A stretch of 63,991 nucleotides of DNA, filler included, from Reticulomyxa filosa (Eukaryota; Protista; Foraminifera): NCBI GenBank assembly GCA_000512085.1. It is 20 parts of 20 records of this genome, joined end to end, with 100 filler letters (N's around TTAATTAATTAA, not from the genome) between each part and the next. Parts side by side here need not be neighbours in the genome. Positions count along the whole stretch, not along the records: positions 1 to 1,703 come from ASPP01020633.1; positions 1,804 to 7,198 come from ASPP01023496.1; positions 7,299 to 13,930 come from ASPP01009215.1; 17 more parts are not named here. The stretch is one strand, 5' to 3'. The translations under genes were made by a program, and so were the position numbers. Shown piece after piece: positions 1 to 13,246 of the stretch. Every line of letters starts with the position of its first letter. The stretch's first letter is position 1. Under the pieces are notes generated by a model. That model was given only the letters and a program-made list of their open reading frames with translations. It was not told the origin of the DNA and ran no database searches.

Positions 1-10
1 TAAACCTTAT

Positions 11-978
11 TTATGTTTGTTGCGTCGACGGATACACGACGGCGTCGTACCAACTCTGCTCTTGTTCGTCCCACACTTGAACGTCGTCGCCGACTGCAAA
101 AAGGGGGCGCGGCTTCACTTCAATCTGATAGTGGATATGCTGTCCGTCCACGTCCGACTCTTCCTTGCTTGCGCTTTTGCTCGTGCTCATCAAAGTGTTC
201 CATTCATTTTCATGCACTAACACCCACATTCCTTTGCATTTGCATTTGCATTTGCATTTGCATTGTCTGAATTATGCTCCAAGTTCGTCACGACTTGACC
301 ATTCCATTGCCATTTGGAATTTCGCCAAATGCAAATGTCAAATGCATTCCAATCGATACTTGGATTCCAATTGGATAGTGCGTCTTTGGCTCTTTCAACC
401 AATCGATTGAATGTGTCGTAAGCTCCAATGCGCCATATCTTTTCCATTCGAACTTCATCTTTATCTTTATCTTTATCCTTATCCTTATCCTTATCTTTAT
501 CCTTATCTTTATCCTTAGTTTCATTCTCCCTTTTGCTTGAAATACTCTTCCTTTGATTTATAACCACTTTCACAAATACCACGTTTCGTTCAATTTTTAA
601 CTCATTGTTTTCGACACAAATCACCTCCCTTTCAAACACGACACTATCTTTATCAATGCCAAACCACTCGTTCACCCACAACCAATACAACTCTTTGCAC
701 ACCCACACAAAATCACGCCTTTCCATTGCGTCCTCTCGCATTTCCATTCTATTCTTTACATTTTCCAAATCTTTGTTGTTCAATGGCTTTGGATATTCCA
801 CCTCCTTTTTTCTTTCTTCTTCTTTTCTTTCCTCTTGTCCAAACCCACTATAGTCTTCCACTGACGAAAACCAAGTTTTACTCACCGCATACCAAACGTC
901 TCCACAGTGCAATTTCTTTCTCCACAAACTTTCTATTGTCTTTAGGCAGTCTTCTGGAGAGACCCGTGGCGACGCCAT
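11..978 (-). CDS. Ubiquitin-specific protease N-terminal part (DUSP + UBL-like region, USP4/11/15-type), 3' partial
   Basis: ATG at 978 (MASPRVSPE). DUSP-like motifs GDVWYAVSKTWF, PKPLNNKDL, DFVWVCKELYWLWVNEWFG, FEREVI. The reading frame continues into the 11..229 ORF if one A is missing in GCAAAGG near 233 (probable homopolymer error). The catalytic domain is not in the window. Confidence 0.7.
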
Positions 979-1319
979 TATCAACTTTGGGGAACCCCCC
1001 TCCTCCTTCGACACTTTTTTCACTCCAAACACATACACAATTTAACTATTTTTTTTAAAAAAAGAACTAACTCAACAGTCGCTATATTTTTCGGCCAAAA
1101 AGATTGCACTATTCAATATTTTTGCTATTGCTCCAAAAGTGGCATAAAGTTTTCTTTCTAAACTTTGTTTAACATTAACCAAGAGTATCTACATTTTAGC
1201 AATATAAATACTACAACAAGACGTTACGTGTTTTGGGCTTTGCCATATTAATAAATTTTTTTTTTAATATCTTTTTCAGATTTGTGTAAGGTCTTTAAGC
1301 TTGCAATCAAATTCAGACC

Positions 1320-1609
1320 ATGGCTCACGAAGAAGGAGAGAGCATTGAAAACCAAGGAATATTGGCAGGTCACACTGATTGGGTGACAAGCATCGCTGCT
1401 GCAACTGACGACAGCAACATCATTATCACAGGAAGCCGTGACAAAACCATTGGCGTATGGAAATTGTCTCGTGAAGGTAAACAAAGACGATCTCAAATTG
1501 AGGGAAAATTGATCAAAAGATTAACTGGTCACAACCACATTGTAAGCGCTGTTGATATTTCTGCCGATGGCCAACATGCATTGTCGTCTTCCTGGGACGG
1601 GACTTTGAG
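1320..1609 (+). CDS. RACK1: RACK1 / Asc1 ribosome-associated WD40 protein, first exon (3' partial)
   Basis: LAGHTDWVTSIA...IITGSRDKT...RLTGHNHIVSAVDISADGQHALSSSWDGTLR matches the RACK1 N-terminus. GT donor at 1610; the contig ends inside the intron. Confidence 0.93.
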
Positions 1610-1703
1610 GTTGGAATTTGGATAGTTTACAATTTTTTTTTTTAAATTTCTCATTCCAACCTTAATTCCAAATGATTTTCACTAATACAAAAAAAAAAAA
1701 AAA

Positions 1704-1803
1704 NNNNNNNNNNNNNNNNNNNNNNNNNNNNNNNNNNNNNNNNNNNNTTAATTAATTAANNNNNNNNNNNNNNNNNNNNNNNNNNNNNNNNNNNNNNNNN
1801 NNN
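1704..1803. other. Artificial contig linker (N44-TTAATTAATTAA-N44), first of 19
   Basis: Identical 100-bp spacers with stop codons in all six frames start at 1704, 7199, 13931, 18354, 20044, 21976, 23257, 27166, 29424, 35163, 40674, 41899, 43046, 45372, 48441, 50217, 59411, 61212 and 62411. Confidence 0.99.
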
Positions 1804-1853
1804 TTTTTTTTTTTTTTTTTTTTTTCAAAAAAAAGCTAATAAGTTGCCAAGAT

Positions 1854-4565
1854 ATGCTGGACCTAACCAATATTCTGCAAACCGAATGCAACTTTAATCG
1901 GTTCGGTCCATTGTTTGCAGAGTACAACTTGAACTTTGCCCCGGATGTGGCGTCGACTGATCGCAAGCTGATGTTCAGCGTGTTCATCCGCGAGATCAGA
2001 GCGTTTTTGCAAATGTGTCACGTGTTGGAGGACTACTGCTATCTGTGGGCGCAAAACGGCTCTTCGCCCGTTGGCTTGACGAATAGTCACAATGCGGAAG
2101 AGACGATTCATTGTCAATTGGTCATCATGACCATTAGCCCTAATGATATTTTCGCTCCTAATGCTTCTGCCTCGCCGTCAGTTGCTTCCCAACTCGCCCC
2201 TATCGATTCTGTTCAAGCATTGCCAAATGCTATTGTCGCTGCTACTACTACTACTACCGCTGTTGCTGCTGCCATCACTATCGCTCCTGCGGCCACTGCT
2301 GTCTCTACGCCAAGACCACCCCTCACCCAACTTGTTTCCGTGGTATAACTGTAACTCTATATTACTTGCAACTTTTCCCTGGCCCCCTCTTTCCTTGCTT
2401 TGTGCATCCCAACTTGTTTCGACACAATGGGATGCTCAATCCTATCACTTGCACTTGATGTTTACAATGTAGAATGCGGATGCTCCATCGTTACGTCGGG
2501 CGACACCTTCTGCTGCTGCTGCTGCTGCTGCGAATGATGATTCTATGTTTGCTTATCCGACCGCTCCTGAGACGGGACTCGAGTCGTTGGCGAGCAAAAG
2601 AAACAATGGCGCGGCGGCAAAGCCCGCTTCGAAAAAGGGCTCTGCGGAGAAGCAACGCCGCGCAGCGAAAGGCACAGAAGTGTACAGTCTGGAACACTCT
2701 GACGAGGACGTGGTCGTGAATCCATTTCAGTCAGCTCGTCTACAGCCGTCTCCAGACGTCTCAAACAGCGTGTCTCAACCATTGAGTGGAACTCAAAAAA
2801 TATCCTCGCAGTCCTCTGTACATCAGTCTTTGTCCAACTTTCCACAGGCAAGTTGTTCTACTTGAGTCAGTTTGTCAACCTTTGCAATAACCTTGTCCGT
2901 CAAAACATTGAAGAGATACATGCAAAAAAAAAAAAAAAGTAAATGTACACATATACATACACATACACATATAGCCTCAAAGCGGTCGTGCGTCTCAAAA
3001 AAGTCAGAATCATCTTGCCCCACCAAATACAAATAAAAATATGAATACAACTGCAAACTCAAATCCAAATTCAAATTCAAATGCACATATGGTTATGAAT
3101 ATGAACATGAATATGGGCACGAACAGAGACAAGGGACAATATCCAAACAATCATAACAGTAATGATAACAATAACAATAACAATAACGGCAATGCGAATA
3201 TGAGTGTACATGAGGTGGACGATTCGATGGAGGAAATAATATTATCTCGTAAGAGCCAAGAAAGACGCCAAAAAACGTCGGCTGCAAGCATCCAATCTTC
3301 CAAAGCCGTTCACGCCTTCGATCTGGACGAAGAATGGCTTATTGAACACAGACCCCATCGCGTTGCGGAAGCGAAGGAACAGCATCACGACAGTGACAAT
3401 GATGTCGCTGTGGATATGCAAACACCACGAGGATTTCTTCCTACTCAAGTGGTATCCACAGCCTCAGTTTAACTTTTTTATAACACTTGCCAAAAAAAAG
3501 AATTTGCAAGGTTTAAACTAATTCTTTCCTGTTTGTATGTGTATGTGGCAATACTAGAAATCATCACCAAAGAAAAAACAACTGACGGTTCCTGATTCGG
3601 TCAATATGACGCAAAGAGGACATTCACAACGAGCCAATCATCTGTCGAATCCTGACAATTTTTTGCAACGAAACGACGCGGATCAATCGTTTGCAAAGCC
3701 AAAACCAAAATCAATAACGACTGCAAAACCCAATGAAACACTTGTAATCGAAGAGGATGATGATGATTTATTCCAAAATGATGTTTCGTTACAATATACA
3801 AAACATGCAAACACGTGAGCAATATATATACATATATATATATAAAAGGCAAAAAAAAAATTTTGTATTGTTTATCGTAAATGCCACCGACAGATGGAAT
3901 TGGATGACGCATTGGTTGGACGCAAAACAACTGCAAAGAGGACACACATACCAAACGCAAGACAAGATCAAGACCATGTTGCTGCGCAACAATATCGAAA
4001 TCAAATGGACAGAGCATCACACGCTAGAAATGCTTATCCAAAACCACCATATCGATACACAAAAGATGACGTTGATGACACATTAGAGCTCATATTACCT
4101 GAGACAGATCCCGAACTTTATGGAAACTTCGAGGACGACAGAAATGTTACAAGGACAACGGATCGAAGTTACCACGAAGTGGTTGACTTTATGCACCGAA
4201 GACCCTCCAATCCTTTGCTGGAAAACTCACAACGTTCTCAATTGACGCCCACGCAAAAAGTAGATCAAATTGCTGATCGAATCCGAAATCGTAATCAAGG
4301 AGGCGCTGCTAAACGATCTCTACACCAAGATCGGAATCAATCTGAACAACAACAATATGAAAATGACTATCAACAACAAATGAATAGAGCCAGGAAAGCA
4401 CCACGGCGTGACTATCAACAAAATACTACCAATAGAACTACTCCAGCAAGGACAGATCAATTCTCCATCCCAGGTAATTCTTCCCTCTCTTCATGTTGTT
4501 CGCAAATATTGTTTGGACCACTTTTTTTGGTTGTTGTCGTGTTACGTTACAGAATCTCCGGATGA
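1854..4565 (+). CDS. Hypothetical multi-exon low-complexity protein(s), function unknown
   Basis: A chain of GC-richer + strand ORFs (1854-2348, 2545-2865, 3041-3472, 3606-3818, 3894-4565) is separated by intron-like (TA)n/poly-A tracts. No domain recognised; could be one or two genes. Confidence 0.5.
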
Positions 4566-5470
4566 CCTGCTTACTTTTTGAAAAAAAGATCAAAATCAAT
4601 TTTTTTAAAAAAAACAAAATCCTTTTCGACATTTCAACTGGTTTTAATGTGTTCACATCAAATCTGTCCACATTTTCAAAAAGTGTTTACCTATTATTTG
4701 TTTCAAATACAACCTTTTTATTTTAAGCGCTATTTTATAGACTCCAAGTTGTACTTACTTGCTTTTCAACGTACTTAGACGATATTCGTGTTAAACAAAT
4801 TTACAAGAACTAAAAATAACTTGTACAAAGTGTTGTTTATATATACTGCCCTTAGTTGAAACTCTTTGAAAAAACATGTTTTACACTATTATAAGTGCAA
4901 GGAAAGACCCACACATCATTTGCAAACAAATTGAAACTTCAATTTGGTATGCCTCTTTAAGGGTCTGTCTGTAAGGTATCACCTAATTCAAAGTATGAAC
5001 AATGCAATGACAAATGATTTATAAATTTTTGTTTTATTATTTTTAATTCATAAGTTTCCCAAGATTTTTGCTGGTCATGTGAAAAGTAAATATTTGTGCA
5101 CGTTTTGCCACTTACTTTGCACGTTAAAAAAAAACGTGTAGTATGTGTGCTTTAAGCTAATCCATATATTGAATTCATTCATAACAAAAAATGCGTGACA
5201 TGTTTTATATATCCAAATTCCTTATTATCAAGTCCATTGAAAGAAGAATATTTGTTTCATTAGTAACAAATATTATATAACTGTGGACAAATCAAAGGAG
5301 AAAATTGCTGGATATCAAAATGATAAAGTAATGTTTGATATCGATTATTATTTCTCTACATTAAAGAATTTCTAAACAACAAACTATGTACATATACATA
5401 TATTTATTACTTATTTTCTTGGAAGGGTATCAAACTAAAATGACGGTGTTGACAAAAAAAACTAAGTGAA

Positions 5471-7150
5471 ATGTCATATTTTTACCATTGGGTGATATTA
5501 TATCTTGTATTTCCACTTTTATGCAGTTGCCTGCCTTACTCTCCTTCTTGCCTCCTTTTAAACTGTTCGACAGTGACTTCAAACTATTGCGCGACCTATG
5601 ACGACGAGAACATGTACTTGCGGTTTTCAAAAGCGTACATTGGAGTAAGTAAAGTGGACTTGAAGCTCGAATTGACAATAGGCAACCAAGTGGGATCAAT
5701 AACCGAAGAATGGAGTAACTTAAGCAATCCAGACGTAACAAATGCGAGTGTAATAACGTCACTATTGGGCGAGGTGAATAACGGACAGGTGCGGTCGAAC
5801 GTGAAGGGGAACAGATGGGAAAGCAGAGGAAATGAAGGAAAGTATATATTGTCATTGGAGCTGACATCACAAACAAGTGTGAGAATAGGAGATCGAATAA
5901 GCATAGCAGACGAGCATAAGAGTTTGTACATATGCAACACGAGCATAATCTATCGTTCGAATCGAAAGCCGGCTTGGATGAGCATTGGATTGGATACAAA
6001 TACCAATCTCACATGGCAAGATTTGGGAATCAATAATTCACTTTTCATTGCGGATTGGATACCTCCTATTCTCAGTCAAGACGATGACTATGTATTAAAC
6101 GTTTCTGATATTATCCAATCTTCCTCATTGTCATCATCCAAACAATATTTTTATGGATTGTCTTATCGGCAAGATTGGTATTGGGACGTATACGTATATC
6201 AATATTTGACCACAGACGTGAATACTGTACCCAACCTAAACTCTGATGCATATTTAGATGGCAGCAACAGCAGCATTCATTCAGAACGACAGCTGCTTGC
6301 GGATTATTATTGGCAAGGGGAAAGAATAATCGTATCCCCCAATGTAGTGCCACCCAATACTACAGCAGAGATTCACATGACAATCCATTCGTACTTGAAC
6401 GAGTATGCCAGTTTGACATTTTTTTTTGAGACGGTCCCCTTTCTATGTGCCAGAGAGCTCATTGCACATCCCTCCACGAGCGTATTTCTCGTATTACGAT
6501 CACGTCCCTCTCTCGTTCTATCTCCACGTCGATCGCGAGCAATTCAATATCCTCCCAGTTTACAATGACCCCACGCAATTATCCATTGTCTATCCTTATG
6601 CATTTCAATGGTTTGACCACCCTTCTCCTGTCTATGTATTTAATCGCATGTTTTATCAGTACTGTCACAACTCGACCGCCTCTCTTTTTTTTTTTTTCAA
6701 TTGCATTTTCAAATGTACTATAATTTCTCTTCTTCTTCTTCTTCTTCTTCTTCAGCTCATTATCATTATTATTATTATTATCTGCTGGATCAACGTGTTG
6801 ACGTCCATGTCCAACGTGTTCCAATCATTGCCAAAATTGGGGGAGGCAATATGCGATGGCTGCTCCCCACTTTGGAATACGACGTTGTCAATCATTGGAC
6901 GATGGAGTTGAACGCGTATCCATTTACCATCGCCTTGCGATCCAATCTGTCGCAACCGCCCCTGTTCTATCGCTGGTTCTGTGGGGACTCTCTCTTCACA
7001 GATCCTCTTGTTTGGACAGCTTGCTCTCAAACTGCGCTTTTCACCACGGCGTTGTGCAATAATAGCTGTGTTCTTATTAACACCTCAGTCTTGTCACACG
7101 TTCTACATTACAGGCACGCAAATGTTTGTATGTACGTTGTTTTTTTTTAA
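5471..7150 (+). CDS. Putative secreted or surface glycoprotein, 3' partial
   Basis: N-terminal hydrophobic signal-like segment (WVILYLVFPLLCSC), many N-x-S/T sequons, beta-rich composition. Frameshift in the T-run near 6420. The late LFYRWFC motif is weakly reminiscent of REJ/PKD proteins. Confidence 0.6.
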
Positions 7151-7163
7151 AATCTGTACATTT

Positions 7164-7198
<35 letters not shown>

Positions 7199-7298
7199 NN
7201 NNNNNNNNNNNNNNNNNNNNNNNNNNNNNNNNNNNNNNNNNNTTAATTAATTAANNNNNNNNNNNNNNNNNNNNNNNNNNNNNNNNNNNNNNNNNNNN

Positions 7299-9729
7299 TC
7301 TCTATCTCTATCTCTTTCCTTCTCTTTTTGCAGCGGAAATGAGGCCGGTACGAGATCCGATTTTTCCGGAAATTTCTCGACCTCGTTGCATTCGGACATG
7401 GATTGCTCGGACTTTATAAACGTGGCGGCGGACATATTTGCGTTGGAATTTTGTCGACTCCATTGCAGAAAATGTTGTCTCAAAGACGCAGGCAAGTACT
7501 TTGAAGAAGGTGTAATAGGCGTCGTCGATGTGGATTGGGATTGTCGGCCAATATATTCTTGCGATAACTTATTCCAATTGCCAACGCCATATTTTTGATG
7601 AATGTCTCTGACCAATTGGTACTCTTCGAGTAAGCTCCACGCGTCCTCTTTGTTGTCGTGCACTTTCGTGGCGCTTTCGGAGTCAATGATCGATGGCAGT
7701 ATTCGAAAGCAATGAAATCTCTTATGTCTTGCCAAGCGCCAAGAAGGGACAGGAGACGGTGATGACGGTGATGATGATGATGATAATAATGATAATGATG
7801 AAGATGGTGATGACAATGAAGAGAGATCAGAGGATGGATCGATGGTGCTCTCCGCTCCAATGTAATGGCAAGACTTGCAAATCCATGCATTTCGACTGTC
7901 CCCCATGTCATTGCGACACTCAACGCATTCAATGAGCGAGTCGAATGGGTTGAGTTCGTCGTGACATATCATGCATTGCGGGATCAGTCCACTGTTTGAT
8001 GGCGGATGATTGTTGCTCGGTCGACTTTTCTGTACAAATTGCATCTCCGACCCGTTGGTCAGTGTGTTTCCATGTTTGGTAGTGTCTTTTGTCCATTTCC
8101 CAGTTTCTCCTCCTTTTTTTTTTTCTTCTTCTTCTTCGTCTCCTTCACTTAGCAATTGAATTTGTGTCGCATCGACATCTACACACACACACACACATGT
8201 GTGTATATATGCATATACAATATTGTCATATTTACTATATACATATACATGTATAGATAATATTTTGTGTCCAAGCAAAAAAAAAAAAAAAAAACCACAC
8301 ACACACACAACCAACACCGGACAATGAATACCGAGAGGGGGAAGTGTTTTTTCATGGCAATCGACCCAATCATTGTCGGGACAGTCATCACGTCGGATGT
8401 CTTCCCAAAAGCCATGGAGACGATATTCATGCAAGCGCTTCAGTTTTTTCAGTGGAGGACCATTGGTGGTGTGTTCGAACCCATTAGTCGGTTGTTTGCG
8501 TTTGTTGCGTCTGACGTTCACGGCATTGCTGCTGTCACTGTGATTGTGGCTATGATGATCATCATTGTTATCATTATCATTCTCATTATCGTTATCGTCA
8601 ATGCTATGTTCGTCATGATCGTGATCAGTGGTGTCATTGTCATGGTCCTCATTGTCGTCATGACCACCATGGTCATTATTATCATGATCATTGTCGTCGT
8701 CATTGTCTTCATCATCATCGTCATCATCATCATCATCATCGTCATCATCATCATCATCATCATCGTCGTCGTCATCATCATCGTCACTGCCATGACCACG
8801 ACCATTGTGAGGATAGACGTGCTCATTCCAATCGGCGTCGACATTACTCTCCTGTGAGTCCCCACCACTGGCATCGTCAAAGAGAGCGGGAGGAAAGGAA
8901 GCTACTTTGCTTTGCGCTTTCTTGTGTTTGCGTTTCATTTTATGTTTGTGTTTATGCTTGTGTTTATGTTTATCTTTGTCTTTGTCTTTGTCTTTGTCTT
9001 TATCTTTATCTTTGTCGACGACGACATTGGCTTTCGTGACACAATCGTCATGGTGGAAATGCCGCTCGAATACATCATGCGTCAGCATAAACGGCTGATA
9101 CTTTTGCGGGATTTCGATGCCGGCGTGTTTCACCACGTCCTCGTGCACATAGACCATCCCTTTTTGTGGACGCCAATTCGGGTCACCGTTCCAATGGCAC
9201 ACCTTGCTTGCTTCGTTCCATTCGCTCCCATTCTTTTGCAGTACGCCTTTCTTACCCCATTTCTTCAACAGCTTCACAATATCCATGTCTTGTAGTAAGC
9301 ACTCGTTCAAGTACTTCCAATTGTAGTCGGGCATGTCCAATGTCAGTGCTTCCAACAGTCGGTCCGAGTCTTTTCGACCGAAACATGTTGGGTGCAATGT
9401 TATATGAGTCGCTGTTGTTTATTTGTTTTTTAATTTCAGGAATTGCTTTTGACAATATTGATCTATCATCCTCTTTTTTTTTTTTTTTGAATAAAAGTCA
9501 CACCGGATTTTCCTCCACATGTTTTGTTGCGGTGGTTCTTCTGGGTCCATCTCCACATGTGACCGCAGATTATGTGCAGCGAATTGCAAGTGTAGTTGCA
9601 CTTTGGACATTTATAACCTTTGTCCGGATCTGGGATTAACACTATTGGTACCAACGGAGACAATTTCGAGGTTGCATATTCTGCTTTGGGGATTGGAAAA
9701 GGAAATGGCTGTTCTGATTTCTTCTTCAT
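7299..9729 (-). CDS. ADA2-like ZZ-finger + SANT protein with long N-terminal extension, 3' partial
   Basis: CMIC...IECVEC...ICKSC...HKRFHCFRI (ZZ-type finger) followed by WSLLEEYQLVRDIHQKYGVGNWNKLSQEYIG...HFL (ADA2-type SANT). N-terminal CPKC..H motif, (DK)n/(HK)n and poly-D tracts. Introns near 8180-8320 and 9400-9500. Confidence 0.7.
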
Positions 9730-10358
9730 GTTTTTTTAATATTCCCCATCCCCCCTTCTTCCTTTTTCCCCTTTTTAACTCACGAAAAAATCACTGTTTA
9801 GATTACTTATACATACTTTGGCTTTGCTTTCCAAATAAAGTCCCTTACCGAACGTTCACGGGATTATCTTTCAACTGCTTTTGCACTCGGTTATAATTTT
9901 AAACACCACTGAAATGGTACTCCAAATCTTACCATAAACTCTAATATATTCTACATTGAAGCGTTATAGTTAGAACTAAAACTAGATATCTTTTTGCAAA
10001 TCATAAATGTATTTATTGCATATCCTTATAACTCTACTTACAATATATACATATGTATCTTGCTCAAATATGCATTTTCTTTGTGATGAGTTATCCAATC
10101 TGAAGAAATAACTAAAACACGACATCTCTTTTATTTTAAAGCCGCATGGCTTCAAAAAGTTGGAATAATTTGAACTCAAAATATTGATCATGTTGTAGGG
10201 AAAGTGCTTTTTAAAATACTTACGGATGCTCGTCAGATACCTTTACACGCAAATGTGTCAAAAATAGCATCAATTCCGGAGATTTAACTACTGAAAAGTA
10301 TATTTGAAAGGGGAGTGTTCTTCATCGTTGAATAAAAATAGATAAAGAAGGAAAAGCT

Positions 10359-11916
10359 ATGGACGGTGATGGACATAATGAAGTTTTGTTTGACAAGTTT
10401 TTGGAAGCCTTGGTGAAAAACTGGACGCCAGAATTGGTATATCAAAAAGAGTCGGCAGTGAAAGATCACCTTTACTTACCGGACCGAATGTTTTTCGAAA
10501 ACTTTGCGAAGAACTTTGAGGCCGGAGCACAGCAAAGAGAGTCGGTGCAGGCATTGGTTGAAATGTTTTTGCAACTGTTGCCTTACCCAAGCAAAGCAAA
10601 AGTTATGAAAAAAGACAAAAAGCAGATGACAACAAAACAAGAGTAAAAAAAAAAAAAAAAAAAAAAAAAAGACAGGGCAAAGAGCGTGAATTGACAGAAC
10701 TGCACGACGTAATAAAAAAAATAAAAGACAAATATCCACACGCGCCATTGTTTGAGCGAGCAATAGACCGTGAGGTGAGCAATTTGGATCAATTGAATAT
10801 AAAGTCAATGTCAATATCGATAGCCAGCGGGAGCAACGCCATAGTGGACGTCGACGGCAAAGAAAGAGAAAATGGGAACGACGATCAGAACATTGAAAAA
10901 AGGAGCGCACATCCAACAGTGGTGTTGAACAATAGCCAGCTGCCGTCCAAACTCCAAACAGTGTCGATCCAAAGAGTGACCCAAATCTGTGAGCCGGTTA
11001 TTGATTATGTGGTATCACGAATGTTGCTGAGGATACTGTCGTTATGTATTATATACATATATATATATATATTGTATATGTATATGTATATATCTATATT
11101 GCCTCGGTATTTTTTTGTGGCACACGATGATATCCACATATATGTATATGTATACATATACATTCAGATCGACAAGAAACAAAGACCTTGTTGACGACGA
11201 TGACAACGAGAGGAAGGAATATGAACAGGATCAAACTAGCTTATACTTGTTTCACATCGACGGTGCCACCACTCAATGGCTAATCGATGTCATCAAAATC
11301 AACTTTGATAAAGCCATTCAACGCAAGCATGAAACACCAGTTTTTCAAACTTATTTTGTGTCCAAATTTTTTTTTTTTTTTTTTTTTTACGTGATCACAA
11401 ATGAAACAGCGTGCCTCCATTTTTTTCTTTCCTCTCCCTTTTGGCAAAATTTGAGAGGGTCTTTGAACAATATATAACTTGAAAGTACTTTTTCACGTCC
11501 AACAATAAACAGTTATTAGACGAGTATGAAAATCGGTCGACTTTAGAATGGGCCAAAATATTGGGATTGATTTCTGCGACAGAACACTCTTCAAAAGTTT
11601 ATTGAACAATTGAGCCACTTTTTATACTTTCGTATATACACATATACATATACATATACATGTATATATTTTGTATTGTAAGTATAATTTGCACATTCGA
11701 GCGGATTGAAAAAAAAGAAATTTTGCTGTGTGTGTGTGTGTGTGTATGTGATCAAAGGCACAATCTGTGTTTAAAAGTTTATTGGATGATTGCTTGCAAA
11801 AGCAACATATCCCAGAAAGTGCAGCCATTTACTTTGCAGCGCTGCAATACATATATGTGGACAGTTGATCATTTTTATCATGTCTGCTGACTCACATATG
11901 CACATGCATACACATA

Positions 11917-11953
<37 letters not shown>

Positions 11954-13208
11954 GAGAACGCAAGAACGTTGGTTGGCATTTCACTTGGACTATTTAAAAA
12001 TCCCAAATCGTCGGACTTCGCCAGTGGTGCTGATAGCCCAACTGGAGGCGCTATTGAACGTCGCGAAGCAAATGGACTTTGTTGGTCGCAAAACTAACGA
12101 AATCAAAGTATTGGAAGAAACATTTGAAATCGTTCGCAACTTGGCGACTTCTGGCAAAGGACGGCCCGTCAAGAGGACATGCTACATGCTTATGTGTTAT
12201 GTTCGCACATGCATATATATATATATGCACATACATAATACATATATGTATATGTATATATGTATGTGTTTGTTGATAGTGGCAATAATGCTACGCGGAC
12301 CATCGAGCATGTACGAAAAACTTCCCAACTTTTTGGAAAGCCACGTGCTGAAACATTTGGATGACTTGGACAAAGCCGGTGATTCGTTGAAGATGTTGGT
12401 ATTGCTGTTTGAAGGGACGAACAATCCGTTTCCATTTCACGAGAGACGGCCGATCAATTGGAAGACGTATGTCCGCGTGGACGACAATGAAACAGCACGC
12501 AAGGATCACATGCAAATCGTGTTTCGCGCGTTTATGCGCGGCAAGACTCTGAAGAATCTCTACCATCGCCATTGGAGGCTGTGCATCCGCGTATTCGTCC
12601 ATTTATGTGCGCAGCAATTGGACTTTGCGATCACCACGTTGTTGCCGCAGCTATTTGATATCAAAAAATCGAGCACAGAGCAGATTGTCTTGGGTTTGGA
12701 CGTCATTAGTGAAATGATGCGCAGAGGCGGAGACTTTGTCCGACAACATCAGCCCAGTCCCGATTTGTTGTCGACTGCCAACGATTTCTTGCCGGCTATG
12801 CTGCGGCAAGTCGAGCAACTGATTGGCGTGGAAAAGTTGGGTCGAAGAAAGGAAGCTTTAATTTTGAATGACCGACTCGGAGATGACGAGTTTATGCATT
12901 TGACTTTGTTTAAAGAGTTTCATTGCAATCACGCCGTTAATGACAACAACAACAACAACAGCAATAATAGCAATAATAATAACAATAACAATAAAAACAA
13001 TGGTAATGAAAATGATCATACTTCGGCACATGACCATAACCACAACGAAGAGAATTGGTCAATCCCTACTCCCTCTTGGGAAACCATGCATCATTTAGTC
13101 TTGACACAAGAAAACTTGCCCACCAAATTGCTTGCCAGTCAAGCCCATGAACATGAAGATGAAAAGCTGGTCGCAGAGCATTCACTCCAAGGTTATATAC
13201 ATATACAC

Positions 13209-13246
<38 letters not shown>

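Noticed and set aside
1610-1703. Intronic snoRNA in RACK1, as in yeast and vertebrates
   Set aside because: No complete C/D box pair is visible and the intron is cut by the contig end.
1748-1759. Recurrent TTAATTAATTAA palindrome as a repeat or CRISPR-like array
   Set aside because: It is always centred in exactly 88 Ns, so it is an artificial six-frame-stop linker.
8267-8880. Hydrophobic poly-Ile/Val and poly-Met ORFs
   Set aside because: These are antisense or alternate-frame readings of the poly-Asp tract in the ADA2-like gene. The same applies to the YIYIY, FFFF and KKKK ORFs from intronic microsatellites.
11032-11170. GA-AG intron in the Furry gene
   Set aside because: An in-phase GT donor exists 6 nt downstream (11038), so a non-canonical site is not required.
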